Assembly: GCA_051532035.1 (NCBI GenBank)
Contig: JAOPTW010000033.1
Location: 1 to 64,000 of the forward strand
Length of the DNA stretch: 64,000 bases
Source of the DNA: Fibrobacterales bacterium
Lineage (GTDB): Bacteria > Fibrobacterota > Fibrobacteria > Fibrobacterales > JAOPTW01
Reading direction: 5' to 3'
The notes under the pieces were generated by a model, which worked only from the letters and a program-made list of their open reading frames with translations, ran no database searches and was not told the DNA's origin. The translations under genes and the position numbers were made by a program. Positions 39,092 to 48,175 of this stretch are shown here, in pieces. How positions within the stretch are numbered: position 1 is the stretch's first letter; each line of letters opens with the position of its first letter.

Positions 39092-41008
39092 ATGCCCGTT
39101 AAAACACCATATATTTTGTTCATTATTGTTTTTTCAGCATTAACGCTTTCGGCGAATGTATCCATACGGGATACAACATGGGTTTTTCGCCAATATGAGA
39201 CTGAGATCCCTTTATACGACAATGGATATTATCCTGAAAATGGGGAATTATGTAAAGGGCCTTGTACCGTTGGAAGCAAAGGTACTATTGAAATTCCAGA
39301 TGTAAAAGCAAAAATTATCGAGAATGATTATTTACGTATTGTCGTTGCTCCATCAATTGGTGGACGAGTAATGTCTATTTACCATAAAGAGAGTGAAACA
39401 GAACAGCTCTATCATGCAAATACTGCGGTACCATACCAGGGCCCTGCCGGTGTATTCTATTATAACCATCTTCTTGTACATGGTGGGATTTTACCGACAT
39501 TTCCTGGGCCAGAACATGGGAGAACGTGGAATCAAGATTGGGATATTGAAATAGTAAAAGATACACCTGAGCGTGGCGCAGTCAAAATAAGTTATCTCGA
39601 CTATCAGAATCGTCAAGCACATGAGTTTAATCCGACCTATAATTTCCCCGTAGAAAAAGACTCTAAACTCTATTGTGCAGTAGAAATTTCTTTGGCGGCA
39701 GGCCATGCAGCGATGGGATATCAAGTACATTTTGAGAATAAAAATGATCACGCTATTGGATATGAATTTTGGACATTGACAACACTTGCCCCTGGTACTG
39801 ATCCCGAATATACGGCACTCCCTAAGAATACCCTTATCTTATCGCCAACAAAAAAAGTACAATTACGAAATGATATTTGGACTTGGATGTCTAGTATTGT
39901 AAACCCGACAGATGGAGATGGTACTCAGATTAAAAATGGAGTACTGTCTTGGTTTGATAAATCATCACGGGTAGATGAATGGGTAGATGAAGGGATTATG
40001 TATGCATATCCCCAAATGACCAAAGATTGGTGGGGCGCAATTAATCTTGATAATAACACAGGAGTCCTCCGTATTGCACCACATGAAGTTACCCCAGGAA
40101 TGAAATATTGGTCATGGGGCTTTAAAGCGTTTCAGGATAATGGTGAGCCCGTTGATTTAGATGCCCTTGATGAAAATAGGTCTCATATTGAGATTTGGGG
40201 TGGCCGCTCTCGTGAGTTCACTGTCCTTGCAGACCCTATTGCTCCAGGGCCAGAAAATGCAATCATCTGGGATGAATTCTACTACCCGACATTTGAACTC
40301 GACACCATCCACTATGCAAATGAGTTTGGTGCAATTCAGGTGAAAGAGCGTAGTGATGATATTGCGGTATTAATCTCTTCAACACTTCCCCATCAAATGC
40401 ATTCTATTACTATTGGTGGTGAGGTTATTGAAGCTATTGCACCTGCCGATAGGGCTATAATCATTAAGACAACTGCGGGATGCTTTGAGAATGATGCATC
40501 AGTAGAAATTAAGGTTGATGGTGTAGTAACAATTGATTTTAAAGAAGATATTGGGCTGACAGGGTCAGGAAATTGTGAACTTACTCTAGAGCAAGAGGGC
40601 GAACAACCCTATAGCTCTGATGCTGTAGGTATAAGCTCCGAGGAGATGAGTTCAGATGAAACAAGTTCAGACGATGTTGTGGATGATGAAAGCTCTCAGG
40701 AACATTTCAGTAGCTCAGTGATTACTGAATCTTCAGACAGTGCAGATGATGAAAGCTCAGAAACAGGTAGGACACCACTCTATGAGCTCAGGCTCTTAGA
40801 AGGTATTCAAGATGGTTTTGTTTCAATGGCTCACGAAGAGGGGATTGTTACGGTAGTTGATGTGACCGGAGTTGTTGTGTATAAAACAAGTGTAAAAGCT
40901 GGTACTACAGTGGTCTTACCTCAGTTTATTTCTTCTACAGGAGCATACGTGATATATGTAGAAGGTAAAAATACGCCTCAGAAATCATTTCTTTGGTATA
41001 ATCAATAG
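39092..41008 (+). CDS. Secreted DUF5107-like protein with Ser/acidic linker and T9SS-like C-terminal domain
   Basis: Signal peptide; IIENDYLRIVVAPSIGGRVMS, GMKYWSWG; SS-rich linker; VVDVTGVVV...GAYVIYV. Confidence 0.65.
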   Translation: MPVKTPYILFIIVFSALTLSANVSIRDTTWVFRQYETEIPLYDNGYYPENGELCKGPCTVGSKGTIEIPDVKAKIIENDYLRIVVAPSIGGRVMSIYHKESETEQLYHANTAVPYQGPAGVFYYNHLLVHGGILPTFPGPEHGRTWNQDWDIEIVKDTPERGAVKISYLDYQNRQAHEFNPTYNFPVEKDSKLYCAVEISLAAGHAAMGYQVHFENKNDHAIGYEFWTLTTLAPGTDPEYTALPKNTLILSPTKKVQLRNDIWTWMSSIVNPTDGDGTQIKNGVLSWFDKSSRVDEWVDEGIMYAYPQMTKDWWGAINLDNNTGVLRIAPHEVTPGMKYWSWGFKAFQDNGEPVDLDALDENRSHIEIWGGRSREFTVLADPIAPGPENAIIWDEFYYPTFELDTIHYANEFGAIQVKERSDDIAVLISSTLPHQMHSITIGGEVIEAIAPADRAIIIKTTAGCFENDASVEIKVDGVVTIDFKEDIGLTGSGNCELTLEQEGEQPYSSDAVGISSEEMSSDETSSDDVVDDESSQEHFSSSVITESSDSADDESSETGRTPLYELRLLEGIQDGFVSMAHEEGIVTVVDVTGVVVYKTSVKAGTTVVLPQFISSTGAYVIYVEGKNTPQKSFLWYNQ

Positions 41009-41023
41009 CTAAAAATACTTAAA

Positions 41024-41045
41024 CAACCCTCATTGTTGAGGGTTG
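41024..41045. terminator. Hairpin between convergent genes
   Basis: CAACCCTCA-ttgt-TGAGGGTTG perfect 9-bp stem. Confidence 0.6.
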
Positions 41046-41069
41046 AATCTGCTTCTGATAGTAGTCCAA

Positions 41070-41498
41070 TTACCGTTTCACAAAAAACATACCTTGAGAG
41101 ATATGTTGAAATGAGTCGCGAACAAACTGATATTTGGCCATGAGGGCATCCATGTCATGCCCTGAAAAGAGCCCAATAAAAGCACCAGAATCGGTGGATT
41201 CAGCGAGGTAACTCAGAAGGTGATTAAGAATTTCTCGACCACAACCTCGGTGTTGATGATCGGGATGAATGATAACATCTTGTATATAATAATAGAGCGC
41301 ACTGTCGCCTACAACTCTTCCAAATCCAATGACATGATCCTCAAAGGTAAGGCAACAACCATAGATGGTGTGATCAAGTGCCTTTTGGAGTTGGGTGGAT
41401 TGTGGAGTGTCAAATGCAACCAAATCTGAGAGAGTGGTAAACTCTTGCAAAGTTGGGAGTCGCTCTTCGATAGAATATACATCGGTGATTGTGGACAT
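41070..41498 (-). CDS. GNAT acetyltransferase
   Basis: IGFGRVVGD...YIQDVIIHPDHQHRGCG. Confidence 0.9.
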   Translation of the reverse strand: MSTITDVYSIEERLPTLQEFTTLSDLVAFDTPQSTQLQKALDHTIYGCCLTFEDHVIGFGRVVGDSALYYYIQDVIIHPDHQHRGCGREILNHLLSYLAESTDSGAFIGLFSGHDMDALMAKYQFVRDSFQHISQGMFFVKR

Positions 41499-41610
41499 AT
41501 AACCTCCTCTGTTCTTTTTAGTATACCCCTTTTATGCACTAAACCCTAGTAAAATACTATAGAGGTTTTTGGGGGTCACGAGCTGTTTGAGGTCTTGTCC
41601 TATAAGCTCT

Positions 41611-42408
41611 CTAAGAGAGCTGCGGAAACGCTTGAATAAAGGCTTTATGGGTCTTTTTATCTAAGTAGGGGTCTTCGTCACTATAGAGCTCTTTCTCAGT
41701 ATAGCCCGATGCAATTTCGTTAATAACAAGATACTGACGGTCACTATTGATTTTAAAATGTATGCGCCAAGTACGCGCGGCGAGTTCATAGAGATCAAAG
41801 TCGGGATCGAGAAGGCTGATTCGTTTTCGTTTGGCGTTTAAAGGATCTTCAGAGAGCTGGGTCTCAATCAGTGTTTGAAGGTCGTAGTGTGCCTCATGGT
41901 GTATCCACTCAATTTGTGTTAATGCACGTGGGGCGATCTCAATTTCAAAAAGTGTGTGACTGTGATCTTCGAGCCAACCCATAGAGGCCTCGGGAAAACT
42001 ATCAGCATAAGCAATATACGGCTTGATATCGACAATGGGAGTGCCGTCTAGTAGGTCGAAGTCTGAAACTTCTATGGTGAGTCCCGTTACCTGAATGAGT
42101 TTGACGCATGACATACCAATTTGATTGGGCCGGTAAGGAGCTCTTGTGGCAAATACACCGCGTTTGCCTTCGCCCCGTGGAGTATTGACTTTGGGCTTCC
42201 AATTGGTGTTGCGGTCAAAAAGGTAGATGAGCCAGATGCGATCAAAGGTGTTGAGGTCATCGAGCCCTTGTTCAAAATTGTTGCCAGGGTTGAGTGTTAT
42301 AAAACCGGTTTCACCTCTTCCTTTAAGAGTGCCTTGTCGGGGAGCGAGCTGACGGTATGTGTGATCACAGGCAAAGGTGCCAATGGGGGTGATGGATAAT
42401 GGCTCCAT
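41611..42408 (-). CDS. trmO: tRNA m6t6A37 methyltransferase
   Basis: PRQG, GVFATRAPYRPN.IG, DLLDGTPIVDIKPY. Confidence 0.9.
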   Translation of the reverse strand: MEPLSITPIGTFACDHTYRQLAPRQGTLKGRGETGFITLNPGNNFEQGLDDLNTFDRIWLIYLFDRNTNWKPKVNTPRGEGKRGVFATRAPYRPNQIGMSCVKLIQVTGLTIEVSDFDLLDGTPIVDIKPYIAYADSFPEASMGWLEDHSHTLFEIEIAPRALTQIEWIHHEAHYDLQTLIETQLSEDPLNAKRKRISLLDPDFDLYELAARTWRIHFKINSDRQYLVINEIASGYTEKELYSDEDPYLDKKTHKAFIQAFPQLS

Positions 42409-43649
42409 CAGTCGAACCAGCCCTTCATGACGCTACTAATCTGTAATAGTTCATCATCAGTGATAATATAGGCTGGACAGGTGTAGAGATAATTCTCAAA
42501 GGGTCTGAGCCAAACACCGCGCTCTTGGGCAAACTCTTGTACACCGTTTAGTACTTCAGAGTCGACCACTTCGATACAGGCCATGGCTCCTTTGATTCGA
42601 ATATCAACAATAGAGTCGTGTTCAAAGCCATCGAGTGATTGCATAAGAAGTGTATTAATTTCACCAATTCGGGTGAGGTAGTTGTCTCTCTTAAATATTT
42701 CGATACCTTTGAGGGCAATGGCGCATGCTGTTGGGTTCCCCATATAGGTTGGCCCATGCATAAAGGCATTTGAACTATTGCCATAAAATGTTTCATAGAT
42801 TTCGGTAGTTGCAAGAGTAGCCGAAAGGGTCATATACCCTGCACTCAGGCCTTTACCAAGCACCATAATATCGGGAGTAACAGAGACTTGATCGGCAGCA
42901 AACAGGGTGCCGGTCCTTCCAAATCCCGTTGCGACTTCATCGTAAATCATGAGTACATTGTGGGTATGGCAAATCTTTTGTGCCGCCGCTAAATAGGCGG
43001 CACTATGGAGTCTAAAGCCACCCGCACCTTGCATAAGAGGCTCAACGATCATAGCTGCAATAGAGTCAGCGCTTTCGGTTAGGATGTATTCAAGCTCTTC
43101 GAGGGCCGCGTTGATGGGCGCTTCCGGAGTCTCAGGTGGTGATACAAAAAATTGTTTTGGAAGGAATCCTTGAAATTTAGCGTGCATACTTTCATCATCA
43201 TCAGCTATAGACATGACGGCACAGGTATCCCCATGGTATGAATTTTTGAGGGCGATAAAGTGATTTTTAGTCTCGATTCCTCTATTTTTGTGATACTGTA
43301 CTGCCATTTTCAGGGCAATTTCAACACCCACAGAACCACTATCTCCAAAAAAGACATGGTTGAGTCCATCGGGGGTAATAGAAACGAGTGTGTCGGCAAG
43401 CTCGTTGGCTGGACGGTGGCTGAGTCCTCCTAGCATAACATGAGGAAGGATCTCTAATTGCTCTTTTGCTGCAGTGGTGATTTCAGGATGATTATATCCA
43501 TGAATAACACACCACCATGAGGAGATAGCATCAATGAGTTGTTGCCCATCTTCTAAAGTAAGAACAACACCTTGTGCAGATTGGATGGCAAGAGGTTCTG
43601 CCATTGTTTCCATCTGTGCATAGGGAAACCATAAATGAGGGCTACGCAT
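42408..43649 (-). CDS. bioA: DAPA aminotransferase
   Basis: LWFPYAQM, SSWW..IHGY, DSGSVGVE, YHGDT, DEVATGFGRTG, LGKGL. Confidence 0.95.
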   Translation of the reverse strand: MRSPHLWFPYAQMETMAEPLAIQSAQGVVLTLEDGQQLIDAISSWWCVIHGYNHPEITTAAKEQLEILPHVMLGGLSHRPANELADTLVSITPDGLNHVFFGDSGSVGVEIALKMAVQYHKNRGIETKNHFIALKNSYHGDTCAVMSIADDDESMHAKFQGFLPKQFFVSPPETPEAPINAALEELEYILTESADSIAAMIVEPLMQGAGGFRLHSAAYLAAAQKICHTHNVLMIYDEVATGFGRTGTLFAADQVSVTPDIMVLGKGLSAGYMTLSATLATTEIYETFYGNSSNAFMHGPTYMGNPTACAIALKGIEIFKRDNYLTRIGEINTLLMQSLDGFEHDSIVDIRIKGAMACIEVVDSEVLNGVQEFAQERGVWLRPFENYLYTCPAYIITDDELLQISSVMKGWFD

Positions 43650-44508
43650 CACTCTCCTCTAGTTCGCCAGCCATATACGATGACCGTACAAGGGGGCCTG
43701 ACATACATTTTTTTATCCCTTTACTTTTTGCATACACTGCATATTCATCAAATTCATCGGGGTGTACATAGCGGTCTACTTCTATAAACTCTCTTGCGGG
43801 GCGTAAATACTGCCCGATGGTGAGAATATCAATTGAATGCTCTGCCACTTCATCAATATAGTCAAACACTTCGCTCTTGGTTTCACCAAGGCCAACCATG
43901 AGTCCTGTTTTGGTGGTAAATCCACGGATTTTTGCATGATCGAGTACTCCAAAGGAGTCGTGCCAGTTGGCTTTTTTACGAATGGTTTTTTGAAGCCGAT
44001 ACACTGTTTCGAGATTGTGGTTAAACACATCGGGGTTTGACTCGAGTACAATATCCAATAGATCGAGTCTCCCATTGAAATCGGGAGTAAGCACCTCAAT
44101 TTTGATTTCTGGATTGATCTCTCTTGTTTTTAAAATTGTCTGTGCCCAGATTTCGGTCCCTTTATCGGTAAGGTCATCACGGGTCACTGAGGTGAGGGTC
44201 ACATATTTAAGTTTCATTGCCTGTGCAGAACGGGCAATCTTAATGGGCTCATTGAGATCTACCGGGCCGGGTTTTCCTGATTCGACATTACAGAAACTAC
44301 AGTGTCTTGTGCAGATACCTCCGAGGATCATAAATGTTGCGACACCTTTTGACCAACATTCGCCCAAGTTGGGGCATCGGGCTTCTTTACAGACCGTATG
44401 CAAGTTATTGTCATCAACCAAGGTACGGATTTCAGTGTACTCTTTGCCTCCGCCAATGGTTGCTTTAAGCCAGTGGGGCTTTTGGATGCGTTTTTCTCGT
44501 ATTTTCAT
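43642..44508 (-). CDS. lipA: Lipoyl synthase
   Basis: CKEARCPNLGEC, CTRHCSFC, RSSY. Confidence 0.97.
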   Translation of the reverse strand: MKIREKRIQKPHWLKATIGGGKEYTEIRTLVDDNNLHTVCKEARCPNLGECWSKGVATFMILGGICTRHCSFCNVESGKPGPVDLNEPIKIARSAQAMKLKYVTLTSVTRDDLTDKGTEIWAQTILKTREINPEIKIEVLTPDFNGRLDLLDIVLESNPDVFNHNLETVYRLQKTIRKKANWHDSFGVLDHAKIRGFTTKTGLMVGLGETKSEVFDYIDEVAEHSIDILTIGQYLRPAREFIEVDRYVHPDEFDEYAVYAKSKGIKKCMSGPLVRSSYMAGELEESDA

Positions 44509-44515
44509 ATAGTTG

Positions 44516-44523
44516 CAAAGATA
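44516..44523 (-). promoter_or_regulatory. Bacteroidota-type -7 promoter box upstream of lipA
   Basis: Minus strand TATCTTTG(CA) matches TAnnTTTG, 7 nt before the ATG. Confidence 0.45.
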
Positions 44524-44569
44524 CCTAAAAAAAGAAAGGGATCATAGAATTTGAGTAAAAAAGAGGGCC

Positions 44570-44805
44570 ATGAGAGACAACTGCTTCAAAGTTGTGTGTA
44601 TAGAGAGTGTTTTTTTGATAAAATGTCTTTGGTAGGTTAATGATATCCTTGTTGAAACTGAGAAATCAAATGATTTAAAGATTTGCCTAGAAAATGTTGC
44701 GCCGGTGTGTGGTGTTGTGATGGGAAGACTTATTCAAACGAATGTGTTGGGTGTGATGTTCAAATTAATTACGTAGGTGAGTGTGGAAAAATAACCCTAC
44801 AATAG
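44570..44805 (+). pseudogene. Disrupted Kazal-type serine protease inhibitor gene
   Basis: ICLENVAPVCG [+2 nt GT at 44714-44715] CDGKTYSNEC...YVGEC; in-frame TAG at 44633-44635; ATG 44570 follows AGAGGG. Confidence 0.75.
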
Positions 44806-44863
44806 GGCTGAATAATGAGCAATTCATTTGACTCAAGACCTAATGACAGTAAATAACAATAAT

Positions 44864-44889
44864 AAGGCTCCTTTTTAAGGGGCTTTTTT
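44864..44889 (+). terminator. Plus-strand intrinsic terminator downstream of the Kazal remnant
   Basis: AAGGCTCCTT-ttt-AAGGGGCTTT plus T run; G-U pairs form only on the plus strand. Confidence 0.65.
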
Positions 44890-46018
44890 ATTGTCCGCCC
44901 CACTTGAAGAGCTTGAGATTGCCCGCAGGTACAGCCCAGATGATGAGGGGGATATGTATGATAAAAGCGGGAAGAGCAAAGATCAAGAGGTGACTACTTT
45001 TCAGTTTCCGAGCACCAATAATTAAAAAGGTGAGATCCAACACAAGCTTTATAGCGATTGGGCCAAAGGCATATAGCAGAGGAAGTAGTCCAAAACAGTA
45101 GAGTAGAGGTGCAAAAGCGAGATATACAATAAAGCTGTACGCAGTAAAGATAGTGAGTATGTAGAATTTACTTTCATAGCTCGTGGAATTGCTCGCCCAG
45201 CGTGCTCGCTGACTAAAGAGTCCATTCCAACTACTTACCGCACCCGTTAATACTTGTGCAGCAGGATCGAGGTTATAACAGACATCCTGCGCCTGTTTAC
45301 TCATTTTTTGTACCAGCATGTCATCGTCGCCAGAAATATACTGACGCTGCCCTTCAAAGCCGCCAACGCCTTCGTACAGTTTTCTCAAATACCCAAGTGA
45401 TGGGGCACTTGCAACCATGGGGATTTTTAACGAGAAAAATGAGGCCTCTATAAGAGTGAGGGCGAGTGTTTCAAGCTTTTGATAGAGGTGTACTAGTGAA
45501 CGCCCTCCTCTGATTTTCTTTGGGCCCTGTACAATCTCTATGGAGTCGTGAAAATTTTCGGACATGGAGGTGAGCCAGCCAACTGGGGGAATACAGTCAG
45601 CGTCAATACTCATAAAAAGTTCATGGTTTGCGTGGGCAAATCCAGTCTCGAGTGCTCTTTTTTTCGGTGAGGCCACTCGTTCTGCTTCATGAGCAATTGA
45701 GAGTACAGAGAAGTTACTTTGGGCTGTACAAAACTCTGTAATAAGTGCAAGGGTGTTGTCAGTTGAACGGTCATCAACACAGATTACTTCCCAGTTGCCA
45801 GTATAGTTCTGGGATGCAAGGGCTTTAAGGGTTATAAGGGCATGCTCTTCCTCGTTGTATAATGGAACAACTACACTGATACTTGGGAGTAGAGAGGGTT
45901 TTTTACGACGATCTTTTAGGGTAAGCACCCCAAAAATGAAAAAAAGTAGTATTCCTGCGTAACAAAGTGTTAATATGGTAAGAAGATACCCGAGTGATAG
46001 TAGTAGCATGCCGTTCAC
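44888..46018 (-). CDS. GT2-family membrane glycosyltransferase
   Basis: VPLYNEE, DDRSTD, DAD, GDDD, QRARW. Confidence 0.9.
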   Translation of the reverse strand: MNGMLLLSLGYLLTILTLCYAGILLFFIFGVLTLKDRRKKPSLLPSISVVVPLYNEEEHALITLKALASQNYTGNWEVICVDDRSTDNTLALITEFCTAQSNFSVLSIAHEAERVASPKKRALETGFAHANHELFMSIDADCIPPVGWLTSMSENFHDSIEIVQGPKKIRGGRSLVHLYQKLETLALTLIEASFFSLKIPMVASAPSLGYLRKLYEGVGGFEGQRQYISGDDDMLVQKMSKQAQDVCYNLDPAAQVLTGAVSSWNGLFSQRARWASNSTSYESKFYILTIFTAYSFIVYLAFAPLLYCFGLLPLLYAFGPIAIKLVLDLTFLIIGARKLKSSHLLIFALPAFIIHIPLIIWAVPAGNLKLFKWGGQ

Positions 46019-46052
46019 AAGTCATTGAATTGTTGGGGTATAATAGCAAAAA

Positions 46053-46099
46053 TGTGGTTGAAATCACATGGTTGCCCCAACAATGTGATGGAAATCACG
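46053..46099. promoter_or_regulatory. Two CRP/FNR-like boxes in a divergent promoter region
   Basis: TGTGG-ttgaaa-TCACA (46053-46068) and TGTGA-tggaaa-TCACG (46084-46099), each 9/10 to TGTGA-N6-TCACA. Confidence 0.55.
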
Positions 46100-46171
46100 T
46101 TCCTAATTCGGTTCCTTGTCAGGGTGGGTATTTTTTTTAACATTACAAATAGAAATAATGAAGAGGTGCAC

Positions 46172-47008
46172 ATGGTTGCAAAATTAGTCGGAGTAGTGTT
46201 GGTAATGGTTGTTGCCGCATCTGCTCAAATACAAAGTGTTGATGGTGTGGGGACTGTTGACTGGAATAAAAGAGTGGTGACCGCAATCGGCATTGGCGTT
46301 CCTAATCCATCAGCTCCAGCTGTGGCGGCGCGCCCCATGGCTATTCGTGCAGCCCGCCAAGTAGCTCTCAGAAATGCACTCGAACTCATTAAAGGCATAC
46401 ATATTAATGCCGAGACTACCGTTGAAAATTTTATGGTCAAAAGTGATGTAATACAGTCGCAGGTTGAAGGGTATATTCGATCATTTAATATGGGTGACCC
46501 CAAATATATGAGTGATAAATCTATTGAGGTGACTGTTGAGGTTCCGCTTTCTGCAGAACTTCTCAAGAAAGTACTCCCACAAACGGTTGCACAACCCACT
46601 GCGACAGTTCCTGTAGCTGAACCAACAGAAATTGTAGCATCTGATGTGAAGCCACTACCCAATGAGCAATTTACTGGTTTGATAATTGATGCACGTGGCT
46701 TAGGTGTTATTCCATCTCTTGGGCCCAAACTTTTTGATGAATCGGGTACTGAAATTTATGGATCGGCTCATGTTTCTCGTGCATTTGCGGTAAAATGGGG
46801 AATGGCAGGATATGCAAAAACTCCTGAACAGGCTAAAGAAATGGTAGACCGGTTAGGAAAAAATCCAGGAATTATAAAAGCAAAAAAGGGTACTGGAGCC
46901 AGTCGATGTGATTTGGTACTGAAAAACAAAGATGCAGAAAGCATTGTTGCAGCAGCAGAATCAATGAAATTTTTGGCAGATTGCCGTGTTGTTATTTTAG
47001 TGGACTAA
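46172..47008 (+). CDS. Exported LPP20-like protein
   Basis: Signal peptide; VDW....VTAIGIG, A.RAA...A.RN; C-terminal TGLIIDARG; GAGG RBS. Confidence 0.6.
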   Translation: MVAKLVGVVLVMVVAASAQIQSVDGVGTVDWNKRVVTAIGIGVPNPSAPAVAARPMAIRAARQVALRNALELIKGIHINAETTVENFMVKSDVIQSQVEGYIRSFNMGDPKYMSDKSIEVTVEVPLSAELLKKVLPQTVAQPTATVPVAEPTEIVASDVKPLPNEQFTGLIIDARGLGVIPSLGPKLFDESGTEIYGSAHVSRAFAVKWGMAGYAKTPEQAKEMVDRLGKNPGIIKAKKGTGASRCDLVLKNKDAESIVAAAESMKFLADCRVVILVD

Positions 47009-47023
47009 TTGAGGAAAATAAAT

Positions 47024-48175
47024 ATGAAAAAAGTAGCGATTCTTATAGGACTCTATCTTGCGGTACTGTTTACTGGTTGTTCATCAAATCGAAAAGCAGA
47101 AGGTATGATGGACGATCCTGTTACTCATTTTGAGCAGGGTAAAAAGTATTTTGATAATGGTGAATTTGTGAAAGCTCAAGAGGAGTTTAAGCTGGCAAAA
47201 AGTTTAGATGATGAGTATGGCCCGGCCTATGCTGGCCTTGGAATGGTTGCAGCTGCAACAGGAGATTTTGATGCAGCAGAGGATTATATTAGTGATGGTA
47301 TTAAGTACTGTGATGATACGCATCCGATTGGCTATATCGCAAAGGGGCTTATGATTGAATATCAGTATGCGGGTAGCAATGAAGATGAGTGGTGGGATGA
47401 TGCTATGGATGCTTATAAAGAAGCGATGGAGATTGCACCCAAAGATGGGGAGCCACACTACCGTGCAGGCTATACATTGAAGTTAGCCCTCCAATTCTCT
47501 ATGGCTGCTGATGAGTTTAGAAAAGTACTTGAGCTGAAGAGCGGATATGAAGCCGAGGCAGATAGTGAATGGGCAATGGTACAAAAGATTCAACGAGCGG
47601 CCCCTGGTTCAAAAATAGGTAAGAAAGTAGCCCTTATGGAAGAGATAACCCGAGCAGATATTGCAGCCCTTTTTATTGTTGAGCTCGAGATTGATCGGAT
47701 ACTCAATAAGCGCAAAGCAAAAGTGTATGATACTGAGTTTACTGCTCCAGTAGATCCGCGTACCATGAAAACAGATACGGTCACCCGTATGAAAGATATT
47801 GTCGATATTGAGGGGCACTGGGCAAAGAACTTTATAGAAGACCTTCAAAAGTTTCAGGTACGTGGCTTAGAGCCCGCCCCTGATCACAAATTTCATCCGG
47901 ATCAAAAGGTAACCCGTTCAGAGTACGCCTTTTTTATTGAAGATATTCTTATTGCCATTAGTGGTGATATTACTCTTGCGACAAAACACATTGGCGCTGC
48001 AACCTCTCGCTTTCCCGATGTGAGTACCGGTTCACCTTATTACAATGCTATTTGTAATGCTGTCGATAAAAACATCATTGATGCAGATATCAGCGGAGAG
48101 TTTAAGGCATCAGAGAGTGTGAGTGGACCCGACGCATTGTTAATTATTCGAAAAATTAAGGAACTCAGACGATGA
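47024..48175 (+). CDS. Lipoprotein with TPRs and C-terminal SLH-like repeats
   Basis: Lipobox FTGC; TPRs; ITRADIA, DIEGHWA...FHPDQKVTRSEYA, FPDV. Confidence 0.75.
   Translation: MKKVAILIGLYLAVLFTGCSSNRKAEGMMDDPVTHFEQGKKYFDNGEFVKAQEEFKLAKSLDDEYGPAYAGLGMVAAATGDFDAAEDYISDGIKYCDDTHPIGYIAKGLMIEYQYAGSNEDEWWDDAMDAYKEAMEIAPKDGEPHYRAGYTLKLALQFSMAADEFRKVLELKSGYEAEADSEWAMVQKIQRAAPGSKIGKKVALMEEITRADIAALFIVELEIDRILNKRKAKVYDTEFTAPVDPRTMKTDTVTRMKDIVDIEGHWAKNFIEDLQKFQVRGLEPAPDHKFHPDQKVTRSEYAFFIEDILIAISGDITLATKHIGAATSRFPDVSTGSPYYNAICNAVDKNIIDADISGEFKASESVSGPDALLIIRKIKELRR

Noticed and set aside
40600..40765. Repetitive AGCTC/AGTTCAGA-like DNA in the DUF5107-like gene
   Set aside because: Encodes a low-complexity Ser/acidic linker, not an independent repeat.
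44520..44889. Orphan plus-strand terminator suggesting an sRNA
   Set aside because: Better explained by the Kazal pseudogene on the same strand.
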